A program made the translations under genes and the position numbers. The notes beneath the pieces were generated by a model, which saw only the letters and a list, made by a program, of their open reading frames with translations, had not been told where the DNA came from and searched no databases. A DNA stretch of 8,695 bases from a virus (Duplodnaviria > Heunggongvirae > Uroviricota > Caudoviricetes): the IMG/VR virus record IMGVR_UViG_2690316148_000010, one strand, 5' to 3'. Positions 1 through 6,890 of this stretch are shown here, in pieces. Every line of letters starts with the position of its first letter. Position 1 is the stretch's first letter.

Positions 1-217
1 TGGTAGTGTCCGCTATTGCCAGTACACCTCAATGCGCCGTATCGTCGCTGTATTCCCTCATTAACAGAGACCGCAGCCCGACTAAGTTATATTAATTATA
101 ACAAATAATTTTCTGTGTTATTTTTTCAGGCTATCCCGTCAGAGGGGAAGCCTGTACTGCCAGGGAGCGAATGGAAAACTGATGTGTCCGGTAACTGCGT
201 GTTCTGTGAACACCATG

Positions 218-403
218 TTACTTAATTATGTAATTCATACCCGAACTCTCTGTTGACAGCCTTCTTCTGCAGGCTTCAATAACCCACGCTGAAAAGTTTC
301 CTGAACCTTTCAGATCAAGAGCGATGTTAATTTGTTCAATCATCTGGTTTGGAAATCGGATGTTGCGGGTTGTTGTTCTGCGGGTTCTGTTCTTTGATGA
401 CAT
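218..403 (-). CDS. Small ribbon-helix-helix (Arc/CopG/MetJ-like) DNA-binding protein, moron-like, 61 aa
   Basis: ORF-track translation MSSKNRTRRTTTRNIRFPNQMIEQINIALDLKGSGNFSAWVIEACRRRL... shows a basic N-terminus, a short beta-strand-like RNIRFP, then two helices separated by a G-S-G turn (NQMIEQINIAL / NFSAWVIEACRRRL), the pattern of RHH repressors. Stop TAA (plus-strand tta at 218-220) and ATG (plus-strand cat at 401-403) verified; a GGGGA Shine-Dalgarno-like motif lies just upstream on the minus strand. From memory it resembles small DUF3950-type proteins (YlcI/YnfO) found beside terminase genes in E. coli cryptic prophages; not verifiable here. Confidence 0.5.
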   Translation of the reverse strand: MSSKNRTRRTTTRNIRFPNQMIEQINIALDLKGSGNFSAWVIEACRRRLSTESSGMNYIIK

Positions 404-557
404 AATGTTTCCCCATATTCAGTGTTGCTGATTTGTATTATCTGAAGTTGCTTTTACGTTAATTTGATGCAGATCAATTAATACGATACCTGCGTCATAA
501 TTGATTATTTCTCGTGGTTTGATGGCGTACACACATGTTGTGATAAACCTTATATAG

Positions 558-574
558 ATGATAATAATTATCAT
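558..574. repeat. 17-bp perfect palindrome ATGATAATAATTATCAT in the AT-rich segment, 36 bp upstream of cosN
   Basis: Read directly: positions 558-565 (atgataat) are the reverse complement of 567-574 (attatcat), with a central A at 566. Confidence 0.6.
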
Positions 575-609
575 TTCGTGAGTCCTTTCCGGCGATCCGA
601 CCGGTTACG

Positions 610-621
610 GGGCGGCGACCT
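610..621. other. cosN cohesive-end site, lambda-type 12-nt GGGCGGCGACCT, with lambda-like flanks
   Basis: Positions 610-621 read gggcggcgacct, matching the lambda 12-nt cohesive end as I recall it. Flanking sequence (about 583-647, gtcctttccggcgatccgaccggttacg | gggcggcgacct | cgcgggttttcgctatttatgaaaat) is near-identical to my recollection of the joined lambda right and left ends. Position is as expected, roughly 180 bp upstream of the small terminase gene. Confidence 0.8.
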
Positions 622-647
622 CGCGGGTTTTCGCTATTTATGAAAAT

Positions 648-726
648 NNNNNNNNNNNNNNNNNNNNNNNNNNNNNNNNNNNNNNNNNNNNNNNNNNNNN
701 NNNNNNNNNNNNNNNNNNNNNNNNNN
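648..726. other. Run of 79 undetermined bases (N), gap or masked; covers the expected cosB region
   Basis: Literal n characters in the sequence. By lambda geometry (cosN to the Nu1 start is about 180 bp) this is where the terminase small-subunit binding sites and IHF site would lie. Confidence 0.95.
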
Positions 727-781
727 GGTCTTCTGTGAACCGGACATGACCGGTTTTGTTGTGATTGTGAGGTGAGAGTTT

Positions 782-1324
782 TTGCGAGGTGAGGAGTGGC
801 TANNNNNNNNNNNNNNNNNNNNGCAGACTGAAGTTGCCAGGCATTTAAGTCTGACCGATCGCCAGCTTCGCAGATTGCAGAAATTGCCGGGTGCCCCGAT
901 ATCGAATAAGCGAGGGCAACTGGATCTGGATGCCTGGCGCGATTTTTACATATCGTATCTGAGAAGAAGTAAAAACGATGTGCCTGATGGCGATAGCGAA
1001 GACGACTATGAGGAAAAATTGCTTATTGCCAGATGGGAACTGACAGCAGAACAGGCTGTTACACAGCAGTTAAAAAATGAGGTGTCAAAAGGAAAACTTA
1101 TTGACACCGGGTTCTGTATTTTTGCCCTCAGCAAGCTGGCAATGGCGTTATCCAGTACGCTTGATTCCATCCCTTTATCCATGCAACGACAGTTTCCTGA
1201 TTTAACACCACGCCATCTTGACCATCTGAAAACCCTTATTGCGAAGGGGGCAAATCAGTGTGCGCGGGCAGGGGATAAATTACCGGATTTACTCGATGAA
1301 TATATCAGAGCAACAACTGAATAA
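782..1324 (+). CDS. nu1: Terminase small subunit (lambda Nu1 homologue); true start probably lies in or beside the N-run
   Basis: Translation after the gap, QTEVARHLSLTDRQLRRLQKLPG..., aligns with the lambda Nu1 N-terminal helix-turn-helix (KKQLADIFGASIRTIQNW...). The C-terminal half (IDTGFCIFALSKLAMALSSTLDSIPLSMQRQFPDLTPRHLDHLK, ending DLLDEYI) parallels lambda Nu1 (ETAFCTFVLSRIAGEIASILDGLPLSVQRRFPELENRHVDFLK, ending GLLSEYI). The track start at 782 is TTG; a strong Shine-Dalgarno (gaggag, 791-796) sits 6 nt before the N-run, so the real start codon is likely masked near 803-810. Stop TAA at 1322-1324. Confidence 0.85.
   Translation: MRGEEWLXXXXXXXQTEVARHLSLTDRQLRRLQKLPGAPISNKRGQLDLDAWRDFYISYLRRSKNDVPDGDSEDDYEEKLLIARWELTAEQAVTQQLKNEVSKGKLIDTGFCIFALSKLAMALSSTLDSIPLSMQRQFPDLTPRHLDHLKTLIAKGANQCARAGDKLPDLLDEYIRATTE
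803..822. other. Run of 20 undetermined bases (N) within the 5' end of the small terminase gene
   Basis: Literal n characters. The reading frame is continuous across the run only if its length is real. Confidence 0.95.
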
Positions 1325-3224
1325 TATGATGAGTGCTGTCACAACAGCATTACAGCCCCTGATAAGGGCATTGCCGGTGACGCCAGTTGAATGGGCTGAT
1401 CAAAATTATTATCTGCCTAAAGAATCTTCATATGGTGAGGGAGAATGGAAAACGCTGCCGTTCCAGGTCGCCATTATGAACTGTATGGGTAACGACCAGG
1501 TTCGCACGGTTAACCTGATTAAATCTGCCCGTGTTGGCTATACAAAGATGTTGCTGGGGGTGGTCGGGTATTTTATTGAGCATAAATCACGAAACAGTCT
1601 GCTTTTTCAGCCCACGGATTCTGCCGCTGAAGATTTTATGAAGTCTCACGTGGAGGCGACGATTCGGGATGTGCCATGCCTGAAAGACCTTTCCCCATGG
1701 CTGGGTCGTAAACATCGTGATAATACCCTCACGCTGAAACGTTTTTCATCGGGCGTGGGCTTCTGGTGCCTGGGCGGGGCTGCCGCTAAAAACTACCGTG
1801 AAAAATCCGTGGACGTGGTCTGCTATGACGAACTTTCCTCGTTCGAACCGGATGTCGAAAAAGAGGGGTCGCCAACCCTGCTTGGGGATAAACGTATTGA
1901 GGGCTCTGTATGGCCCAAATCCATTCGCGGCTCGACGCCTAAAATCAAAGGCACCTGCCAGATCGAAAAAGCGGCCAACGAGTCGGCGCATTTTATGCGT
2001 TTTTATGTGCCCTGCCCACACTGTGGGGAGGAGCAGTATCTGAAATTTGGCGATGAGTCCACGCCTTTTGGGCTTAAATGGGAGAAGGACAGTCCCGAAA
2101 GTGTTTTCTACCTCTGTGAACATCATGGCTGCGTGATCCATCAGTCTGAACTGGACCAGAGCAACGGGCGGTGGATCTGTGAAAACACGGGCATGTGGAC
2201 CCGTGACGGTCTGACGTTTTTCAGCGCTGCGGGTAATGAAATTCCGCCGCCGCGCTCCATCACGTTCCATATCTGGACGGCGTACAGTCCGTTTACCACC
2301 TGGGTACAGATAGTCTATGACTGGCTGGATGCACTGAAAGATCCCAACGGCGTGAAAACCTTTGTGAACACCACGCTGGGCGAGACCTGGGAAGAGGCCG
2401 TGGGCGAAAAACTTGATCACCAGGTGCTGATGGATAAGGTCGTGCATTATACGGCGGCGGTACCTGCCCGGGTGGTTTATCTGACGGCGGGCATTGACTC
2501 GCAGCGAAACCGTTTTGAGATGTATGTCTGGGGATGGGCACCGGGAGAGGAAGCTTTTCTGGTGGATAAAATCATCATTATGGGGCGTCCTGATGAGGAA
2601 GAGACGCTGTTACGTGTGGATGCGGCGATCAACAAAAAATACCGCCATGCGGATGGCACCGAGATGACCATTTCCCGTGTCTGCTGGGACACCGGGGGGA
2701 TCGATGGCGAAATCGTTTATCAGAGGTCAAAAAAACACGGTGTTTTCCGGGTGCTGCCGGTAAAAGGTGCATCTGTTTATGGCAAGCCGGTGATCACCAT
2801 GCCAAAAACCCGCAATCAGCGGGGCGTGTATCTGTGCGAAGTGGGGACGGACACCGCAAAAGAAATTCTCTATGCCCGTATGAAAGCCGATCCCACGCCT
2901 GCGGATGAAGCCACGTCGTATGCCATCCGTTTTCCTGATGAGCCGGAGATTTTTTCGCAGACAGAGGCGCAGCAACTGGTGGCGGAAGAGCTTGTGGAGA
3001 AGTGGGAAAAAGGAAAGATGCGTCTGCTGTGGGATAACAAAAAGCGGCGTAACGAAGCGCTGGACTGCCTGGTGTATGCCTACGCGGCATTACGTGTGTC
3101 CGTGCAACGCTGGCAGCTTGATCTGGCTGTACTGGCAAAATCCCGGGAAGAAGAGACGACCCGGCCACCCCTTAAAGAACTGGCAGCGAAGCTGTCCGGA
3201 GGAGTGAATGGTTACAGTCGCTGA
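1296..3224 (+). CDS. A: Terminase large subunit (lambda gpA homologue; ATPase and cos-cutting endonuclease), 642 aa
   Basis: Strong co-linear similarity to lambda gpA along the full length, e.g. MNIS..., VEWADQNYYLPKES, KSARVGYTKMLLGV, KRFSSGVGFWCLGGAAAKNYREKSVDV, GDKRIEGSVWPKSIRGSTPK, FYVPCPHCGEEQYLKFGD, FHIWTAYSPFTTWVQIV, FVNTTLGETWEE, YLTAGIDSQ, KGASVYGKPV, LWDNKKRRNEALDC. Start placed at ATG 1296 (MNISEQQ...), which matches the lambda gpA N-terminus (MNISNSQ) and overlaps the end of nu1 by 29 nt as in lambda; the track's upstream ATG at 1239 lies inside nu1. Confidence 0.95.
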   Translation: MNISEQQLNNMMSAVTTALQPLIRALPVTPVEWADQNYYLPKESSYGEGEWKTLPFQVAIMNCMGNDQVRTVNLIKSARVGYTKMLLGVVGYFIEHKSRNSLLFQPTDSAAEDFMKSHVEATIRDVPCLKDLSPWLGRKHRDNTLTLKRFSSGVGFWCLGGAAAKNYREKSVDVVCYDELSSFEPDVEKEGSPTLLGDKRIEGSVWPKSIRGSTPKIKGTCQIEKAANESAHFMRFYVPCPHCGEEQYLKFGDESTPFGLKWEKDSPESVFYLCEHHGCVIHQSELDQSNGRWICENTGMWTRDGLTFFSAAGNEIPPPRSITFHIWTAYSPFTTWVQIVYDWLDALKDPNGVKTFVNTTLGETWEEAVGEKLDHQVLMDKVVHYTAAVPARVVYLTAGIDSQRNRFEMYVWGWAPGEEAFLVDKIIIMGRPDEEETLLRVDAAINKKYRHADGTEMTISRVCWDTGGIDGEIVYQRSKKHGVFRVLPVKGASVYGKPVITMPKTRNQRGVYLCEVGTDTAKEILYARMKADPTPADEATSYAIRFPDEPEIFSQTEAQQLVAEELVEKWEKGKMRLLWDNKKRRNEALDCLVYAYAALRVSVQRWQLDLAVLAKSREEETTRPPLKELAAKLSGGVNGYSR

Positions 3225-3414
3225 ACTGCAGGCGCTGCGTCAGGCGCGCCTTGATTTATTAACCGGTAAACGGGTGGTGTCTGTCCAGAAAGATGGTCGC
3301 AGAATTGAATATACGGCGGCTTCTCTGGATGAGCTTAACCGGGCGATCAATGATGCGGAGTCGGTACTGGGGACAACCCGGCGTCGCCGTCGTCCGCTGG
3401 GAGTGAGGTTATGA
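3208..3414 (+). CDS. W: Head-tail connector / head-stabilising protein (lambda gpW homologue), 68 aa
   Basis: MVTVAELQALRQARLDLLTGKRVVSVQKDGRRIEYTAASL... parallels lambda gpW (...[24 protein letters not shown]...) at the same length and position between A and B. Overlaps the end of A by 17 nt; its stop overlaps the B start (ATGA at 3411-3414). Confidence 0.85.
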   Translation: MVTVAELQALRQARLDLLTGKRVVSVQKDGRRIEYTAASLDELNRAINDAESVLGTTRRRRRPLGVRL

Positions 3415-5003
3415 AACGAACGCCTGTCCTGATTGATGTGAACGGCGTTCCGCTTCGGGAGAGCCTCAGCTACAACGGGGGCGGCGCAGGATTTGGCGGG
3501 CAAATGGCGGAGTGGTTGCCACCCTCGCAGAGTGCCGATGCGGCCCTGCTGCCCGCGTTGCGTCTGGGGAATGCCCGGGCAGATGATCTGGTGCGCAATA
3601 ACGGGATAGCGGCCAATGCGGTGGCCCTGCATAAGGATCACATTGTCGGGCATATGTTTCTTATCAGCTACCGTCCGAACTGGCGCTGGCTGGGGATGCG
3701 GGAGACCGCGGCAAAAAGTTTTGTCGATGAGGTGGAGGCGGCCTGGTCAGAATACGCAGAAGGGATGTTTGGTGAGATCGACGTGGAAGGGAAACGCACG
3801 TTTACGGAATTTATCCGTGAAGGTGTGGGCGTTCATGCGTTTAACGGCGAAATCTTTGTGCAGCCGGTCTGGGATACGGAAACCACGCAGTTATTCCGTA
3901 CGCGTTTTAAAGCCGTGAGTCCGAAACGGGTGGACACGCCAGGACACGGTATCGGGAACCGTTTTCTGCGGGCCGGTGTGGAGGTCGATCGATATGGCCG
4001 TGCCGTTGCGTACCATATCTGTGAGGATGATTTTCCTCGCTCCGGGAGTGGACGATGGGAACGGATCCCGCGTGAACTACCCACCGGGCGTCCGGCCATG
4101 CTGCATATTTTCGAGCCGGTGGAGGACGGGCAGACCCGTGGGGCCAATCAGTTTTACAGCGTCATGGAACGGCTGAAGATGCTCGATTCCCTGCAGGCAA
4201 CACAGCTTCAGTCGGCCATAGTGAAGGCGATGTATGCAGCGACGATTGAAAGTGAACTGGATACCGAAAAGGCCTTTGAATATATCGCCGGTGCGCCGCA
4301 GGGGCAGAAGGATAATCCGCTTATTAATATTCTGGAGAAGTTCTCCAGCTGGTATGACACGAATCACGTGACGCTGGGCGGTGTCAAAATTCCGCACCTT
4401 TTCCCTGGTGATGATCTGAAACTGCAGACAGCGCAGGATTCAGACAATGGATTTTCGGCGCTTGAACAGGCGCTGCTGCGGTATATCGCCGCCGGTCTTG
4501 GCGTTTCCTACGAACAGTTGTCCCGTGATTACTCGAAGGTCAGTTACTCAAGTGCCCGCGCCTCCGCCAATGAGTCGTGGCGCTATTTTATGGGGCGGCG
4601 AAAATTTATTGCGGCCCGACTGGCCACGCAGATGTTTTCCTGCTGGCTGGAAGAGGCACTTCTTCGGGGGATTATTCGTCCGCCACGGGCTCGTTTTGAT
4701 TTTTATCAGGCGCGATCAGCCTGGTCACGGGCAGAGTGGATTGGTGCCGGAAGAATGGCCATTGACGGGCTCAAGGAAGTCCAGGAATCAGTGATGCGCA
4801 TTGAGGCCGGACTGAGCACGTATGAGAAAGAGCTGGCGCTGATGGGCGAGGATTATCAGGACATTTTCCGCCAGCAGGTCAGGGAATCTGCAGAGCGGGA
4901 AAAAGCCGGACTCTCACGCCCGGTGTGGATAGCGCAGGCGTATCAGCAGCAGATAGCGGAGAGTCGCAGGCCGGAAGAGGAGACAACACCACGTGAGACG
5001 TAA
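3411..5003 (+). CDS. B: Portal protein (lambda gpB homologue), 530 aa
   Basis: Long conserved blocks shared with lambda gpB: GNARADDLVRNNG, FEPVEDGQTRGAN, FYSVME, MLDSLQATQLQSAIVKAMYAATIESELDT, LQTAQDSDNG, LLRYIAAGLGVSYEQLSRDY, YSSARASANESW, FMGRRKF, WIGAGRMAIDGLKEVQESVM, IEAGLSTYEKE. ATG at 3411 preceded by a ggagtgagg Shine-Dalgarno. Confidence 0.95.
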   Translation: MKRTPVLIDVNGVPLRESLSYNGGGAGFGGQMAEWLPPSQSADAALLPALRLGNARADDLVRNNGIAANAVALHKDHIVGHMFLISYRPNWRWLGMRETAAKSFVDEVEAAWSEYAEGMFGEIDVEGKRTFTEFIREGVGVHAFNGEIFVQPVWDTETTQLFRTRFKAVSPKRVDTPGHGIGNRFLRAGVEVDRYGRAVAYHICEDDFPRSGSGRWERIPRELPTGRPAMLHIFEPVEDGQTRGANQFYSVMERLKMLDSLQATQLQSAIVKAMYAATIESELDTEKAFEYIAGAPQGQKDNPLINILEKFSSWYDTNHVTLGGVKIPHLFPGDDLKLQTAQDSDNGFSALEQALLRYIAAGLGVSYEQLSRDYSKVSYSSARASANESWRYFMGRRKFIAARLATQMFSCWLEEALLRGIIRPPRARFDFYQARSAWSRAEWIGAGRMAIDGLKEVQESVMRIEAGLSTYEKELALMGEDYQDIFRQQVRESAEREKAGLSRPVWIAQAYQQQIAESRRPEEETTPRET

Positions 5004-6498
5004 TCTTTCACACATTATTGCCGCAGCATTCAATGAACCGCTGCTTCTGGAGCCCACCTATGCGCGGGTTTTCTTTTGCGCGCTCGGGCGCGAGATGGGG
5101 GCAGCAAGTCTTTCGGTACCACAACAACAGGTACAGCTTGATGCTCCCGGAATGCTGGCTGAAACGGACGAGTACATGGCCGGAGGTAAACGACCGGCCC
5201 GTGTTTACCGGGTGGTGAACGGTATTGCTGTACTGCCGGTGACCGGCACGCTGGTGCACCGGCTGGGCGGTATGCGGCCATTTTCCGGAATGACAGGCTA
5301 TGACGGCATTGTCGCCTGTCTTCAGCAGGCAATGGCAGATAGCCAGGTGCGGGGCGTACTGCTGGACATTGACAGTCCGGGCGGGCAGGCCGCCGGCGCG
5401 TTTGACTGCGCTGACATGATTTACCGCCTCCGTCAGCAGAAGCCGGTCTGGGCACTGTGCAATGACACGGCCTGTTCTGCAGCCATGCTGCTGGCGTCGG
5501 CCTGCTCCCGACGGCTGGTTACCCAGACATCCCGTATCGGCTCCATTGGCGTGATGATGAGCCATGTCAGCTATGCCGGTCATCTGGCGCAGGCCGGTGT
5601 GGATATCACGCTGATTTATGCCGGGGCGCACAAGGTGGATGGCAATCAGTTTGAAGCGTTGCCGGCAGAGGTTCGCCAGGATATGCAGCAGCGGATTGAT
5701 GCGGCGCACCGGATGTTTGCCGAAAAAGTGGCGATGTATACCGGGTTGTCTGTGGATGCGGTCACGGGAACAGAGGCCGCCGTTTTTGAAGGTCAGTCCG
5801 GCATTGAGGCCGGGCTGGCGGATGAATTAATCAATGCGTCGGATGCCATCAGCGTGATGGCTGCGGCGCTGAACACTCATGATACAGGAGGCACTATGCC
5901 GCAATTAACTGCAACGGAAGCTGCCGCGCAGGAGAACCAGCGAGTGATGGGGATCCTGACGTGTCAGGAAGCGAAAGGACGTGAACAGCTTGCCACGATG
6001 CTGGCAGGACAACAGGGCATGAGCATTGAACAGGCCCGGGCGATTCTGGCCGCGGCGGCACCACAGCAGCCGGTGGCATCCGCGCAGAGTGAAGCCGATC
6101 GCATTATGGCGTGTGAAGAAGCGAAAGGTCGTGAACAACTGGCGGCAACGCTGGCGGCGATGCCGGAGATGACGGTGGAAAAAGCACGCCCGATCCTGGC
6201 GGCTGCACCACTGGCGGATGCCGGGCCCTCACTTCGTGATCAGATCATGGCCCTGGATGAGGCAAAAGGGGCAGAAGCGCAGGCTGAAAAACTGGCGGCC
6301 TGCCCGGGAATGACCGTGGAGAACGCCCGGGCTGTGCTGGCTGCGGGATCAGGTAAGGCCGAACCGGTCTCTGCATCCACAACCGCCCTGTTTGAACATT
6401 TCATGGCGAATCATTCACCGGCAGCGGTGCGGGGTGGCGTGTCACAGACGTCAGCAGACGGTGATGCGGACGTGAAAATGCTCATGGCCATGCCATGA
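4993..6498 (+). CDS. C: Head maturation protease / minor capsid protein (lambda gpC homologue, ClpP/S49-like) with a C-terminal scaffold region, 501 aa
   Basis: N-terminal half parallels lambda gpC: AFNEPLLLEPTYARVFFCAL, VVNGIAVLPVTGTLV, SGMTGYDGIV, GVLLDIDSPGGQAAGAFDCADMI, KPVWALCND, RRLVTQTSRIGSIGVMMSH, ITLIYAGAHKVDGN, EAAVFEGQSGIEAGLADELIN. GTG start at 4993 overlaps the end of B by 11 nt. The C-terminal third carries three tandem copies of an ...EAKG.E...M(T/S)(V/I)E.AR.(I/V)LAA... module. Confidence 0.9.
   Translation: MRRNLSHIIAAAFNEPLLLEPTYARVFFCALGREMGAASLSVPQQQVQLDAPGMLAETDEYMAGGKRPARVYRVVNGIAVLPVTGTLVHRLGGMRPFSGMTGYDGIVACLQQAMADSQVRGVLLDIDSPGGQAAGAFDCADMIYRLRQQKPVWALCNDTACSAAMLLASACSRRLVTQTSRIGSIGVMMSHVSYAGHLAQAGVDITLIYAGAHKVDGNQFEALPAEVRQDMQQRIDAAHRMFAEKVAMYTGLSVDAVTGTEAAVFEGQSGIEAGLADELINASDAISVMAAALNTHDTGGTMPQLTATEAAAQENQRVMGILTCQEAKGREQLATMLAGQQGMSIEQARAILAAAAPQQPVASAQSEADRIMACEEAKGREQLAATLAAMPEMTVEKARPILAAAPLADAGPSLRDQIMALDEAKGAEAQAEKLAACPGMTVENARAVLAAGSGKAEPVSASTTALFEHFMANHSPAAVRGGVSQTSADGDADVKMLMAMP
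5896..6498 (+). CDS. nu3: Nested in-frame scaffold protein (lambda Nu3-like), sharing the C-terminal 200 codons and stop of C
   Basis: Internal ATG at 5896 is in frame with C ((5896-4993)/3 = 301) and preceded by a strong Shine-Dalgarno (aggagg, 5886-5891) at 4-nt spacing. The 200-aa length matches lambda Nu3, which is translated in frame from within C. Independent initiation is inferred, not demonstrated. Confidence 0.6.
   Translation: MPQLTATEAAAQENQRVMGILTCQEAKGREQLATMLAGQQGMSIEQARAILAAAAPQQPVASAQSEADRIMACEEAKGREQLAATLAAMPEMTVEKARPILAAAPLADAGPSLRDQIMALDEAKGAEAQAEKLAACPGMTVENARAVLAAGSGKAEPVSASTTALFEHFMANHSPAAVRGGVSQTSADGDADVKMLMAMP
5941..6349 (+). repeat. Three imperfect in-frame tandem coding repeats (~37-43 aa each) within the C/Nu3 scaffold region
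   Basis: Copy 1 (5941-6063) RVMGILTCQEAKGREQLATMLAGQQGMSIEQARAILAAAAP; copy 2 (6100-6210) RIMACEEAKGREQLAATLAAMPEMTVEKARPILAAAP; copy 3 (6235-6349) RDQIMALDEAKGAEAQAEKLAACPGMTVENARAVLAAGSG. Nucleotide similarity is visible, e.g. gaagcgaaaggacgtgaacagctt versus gaagcgaaaggtcgtgaacaactg. Confidence 0.8.
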
Positions 6499-6534
6499 AG
6501 TCAGTGCTGACCATCAATATGAGGTTTTAACAAA

Positions 6535-6882
6535 ATGGTGACGAAAACCATCACTGAACAGCGTGCGGAAGTACGTATTTTTGCTGGTAATGATCCGGCT
6601 CATACCGCCACAGGCAGCAGCGGGATTTCTTCTGCAACACCGGCTCTGACGCCCCTGATGCTGGATGAAGCCACCGGGAAACTGGTGGTCTGGGATGGAC
6701 AGAAAGCCGGTAGTGCGGTTGGCATACTGGTACTGCCGCTTGAAGGCACAGAGACGGTGCTGACCTATTACAAGTCGGGGACCTTTGCGACGGAGGCAAT
6801 CCGCTGGCCTGACAGTGTGGATGAACACAAAAAGGCAAATGCCTTTGCCGGCACAGCCCTGAGTCACGCGGCTCTGCCGTAA
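6535..6882 (+). CDS. D: Head decoration protein (lambda gpD homologue), 115 aa
   Basis: NDPAHTATGSSGISSATPALTPLMLDEATGKLVVWDG...VGILV...YYKSGTFATEAIRWP...KANAFAGTAL parallels lambda gpD ([26 protein letters not shown]...KLVAWDG...FYKSGTF...FAGTAI). ATG at 6535; stop TAA at 6880-6882. Confidence 0.9.
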   Translation: MVTKTITEQRAEVRIFAGNDPAHTATGSSGISSATPALTPLMLDEATGKLVVWDGQKAGSAVGILVLPLEGTETVLTYYKSGTFATEAIRWPDSVDEHKKANAFAGTALSHAALP

Positions 6883-6890
6883 CACGTTAT

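Noticed and set aside
1-217. Possible gene at the left edge or a toxin partner downstream of the RHH gene
   Set aside because: No open frame of useful length with a start codon on either strand. Plus-strand frames open from the window edge stop at 62-64 or 87-89 and could be the last codons of an upstream gene, but 20-30 residues without context cannot be assigned. A 6-bp stem (caggct 128-133 / agcctg 150-155) is preceded rather than followed by the T-run, so it is not a convincing terminator in either orientation.
1239-1295. Upstream ATG at 1239 as the terminase large subunit start (ORF-track boundary)
   Set aside because: It lies within nu1, and the N-terminus MNISEQQ at 1296 matches lambda gpA's MNISNSQ; the 29-nt overlap then mirrors lambda.
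1746-2447. 233-aa minus-strand ORF inside the large terminase gene
   Set aside because: Antisense to a strongly conserved gpA coding region; the translation is Arg/His/Pro-rich with no recognisable motif, typical of a spurious frame in GC-rich coding DNA.
3240-3653. 137-aa minus-strand ORF overlapping W and B; also the many 60-125-aa alternate-frame ORFs (e.g. 1798-2043+, 2293-2541-, 2794-3168-, 3616-3918+, 4447-4794+, 5894-6138-, 6514-6885-, 7254-7469-)
   Set aside because: All lie inside or antisense to confidently assigned, lambda-homologous genes and show no conserved motifs; treated as frame noise.
5008-5709. 233-aa and 141-aa minus-strand ORFs inside C
   Set aside because: Fully antisense to the conserved protease domain of gpC; composition is Arg/Cys/His-rich and low-complexity; no start context.
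6500-6511. Short palindrome gtcagtgctgac after the C stop
   Set aside because: 5-bp stem with a 2-nt loop is sterically implausible as a hairpin and too short to be meaningful.
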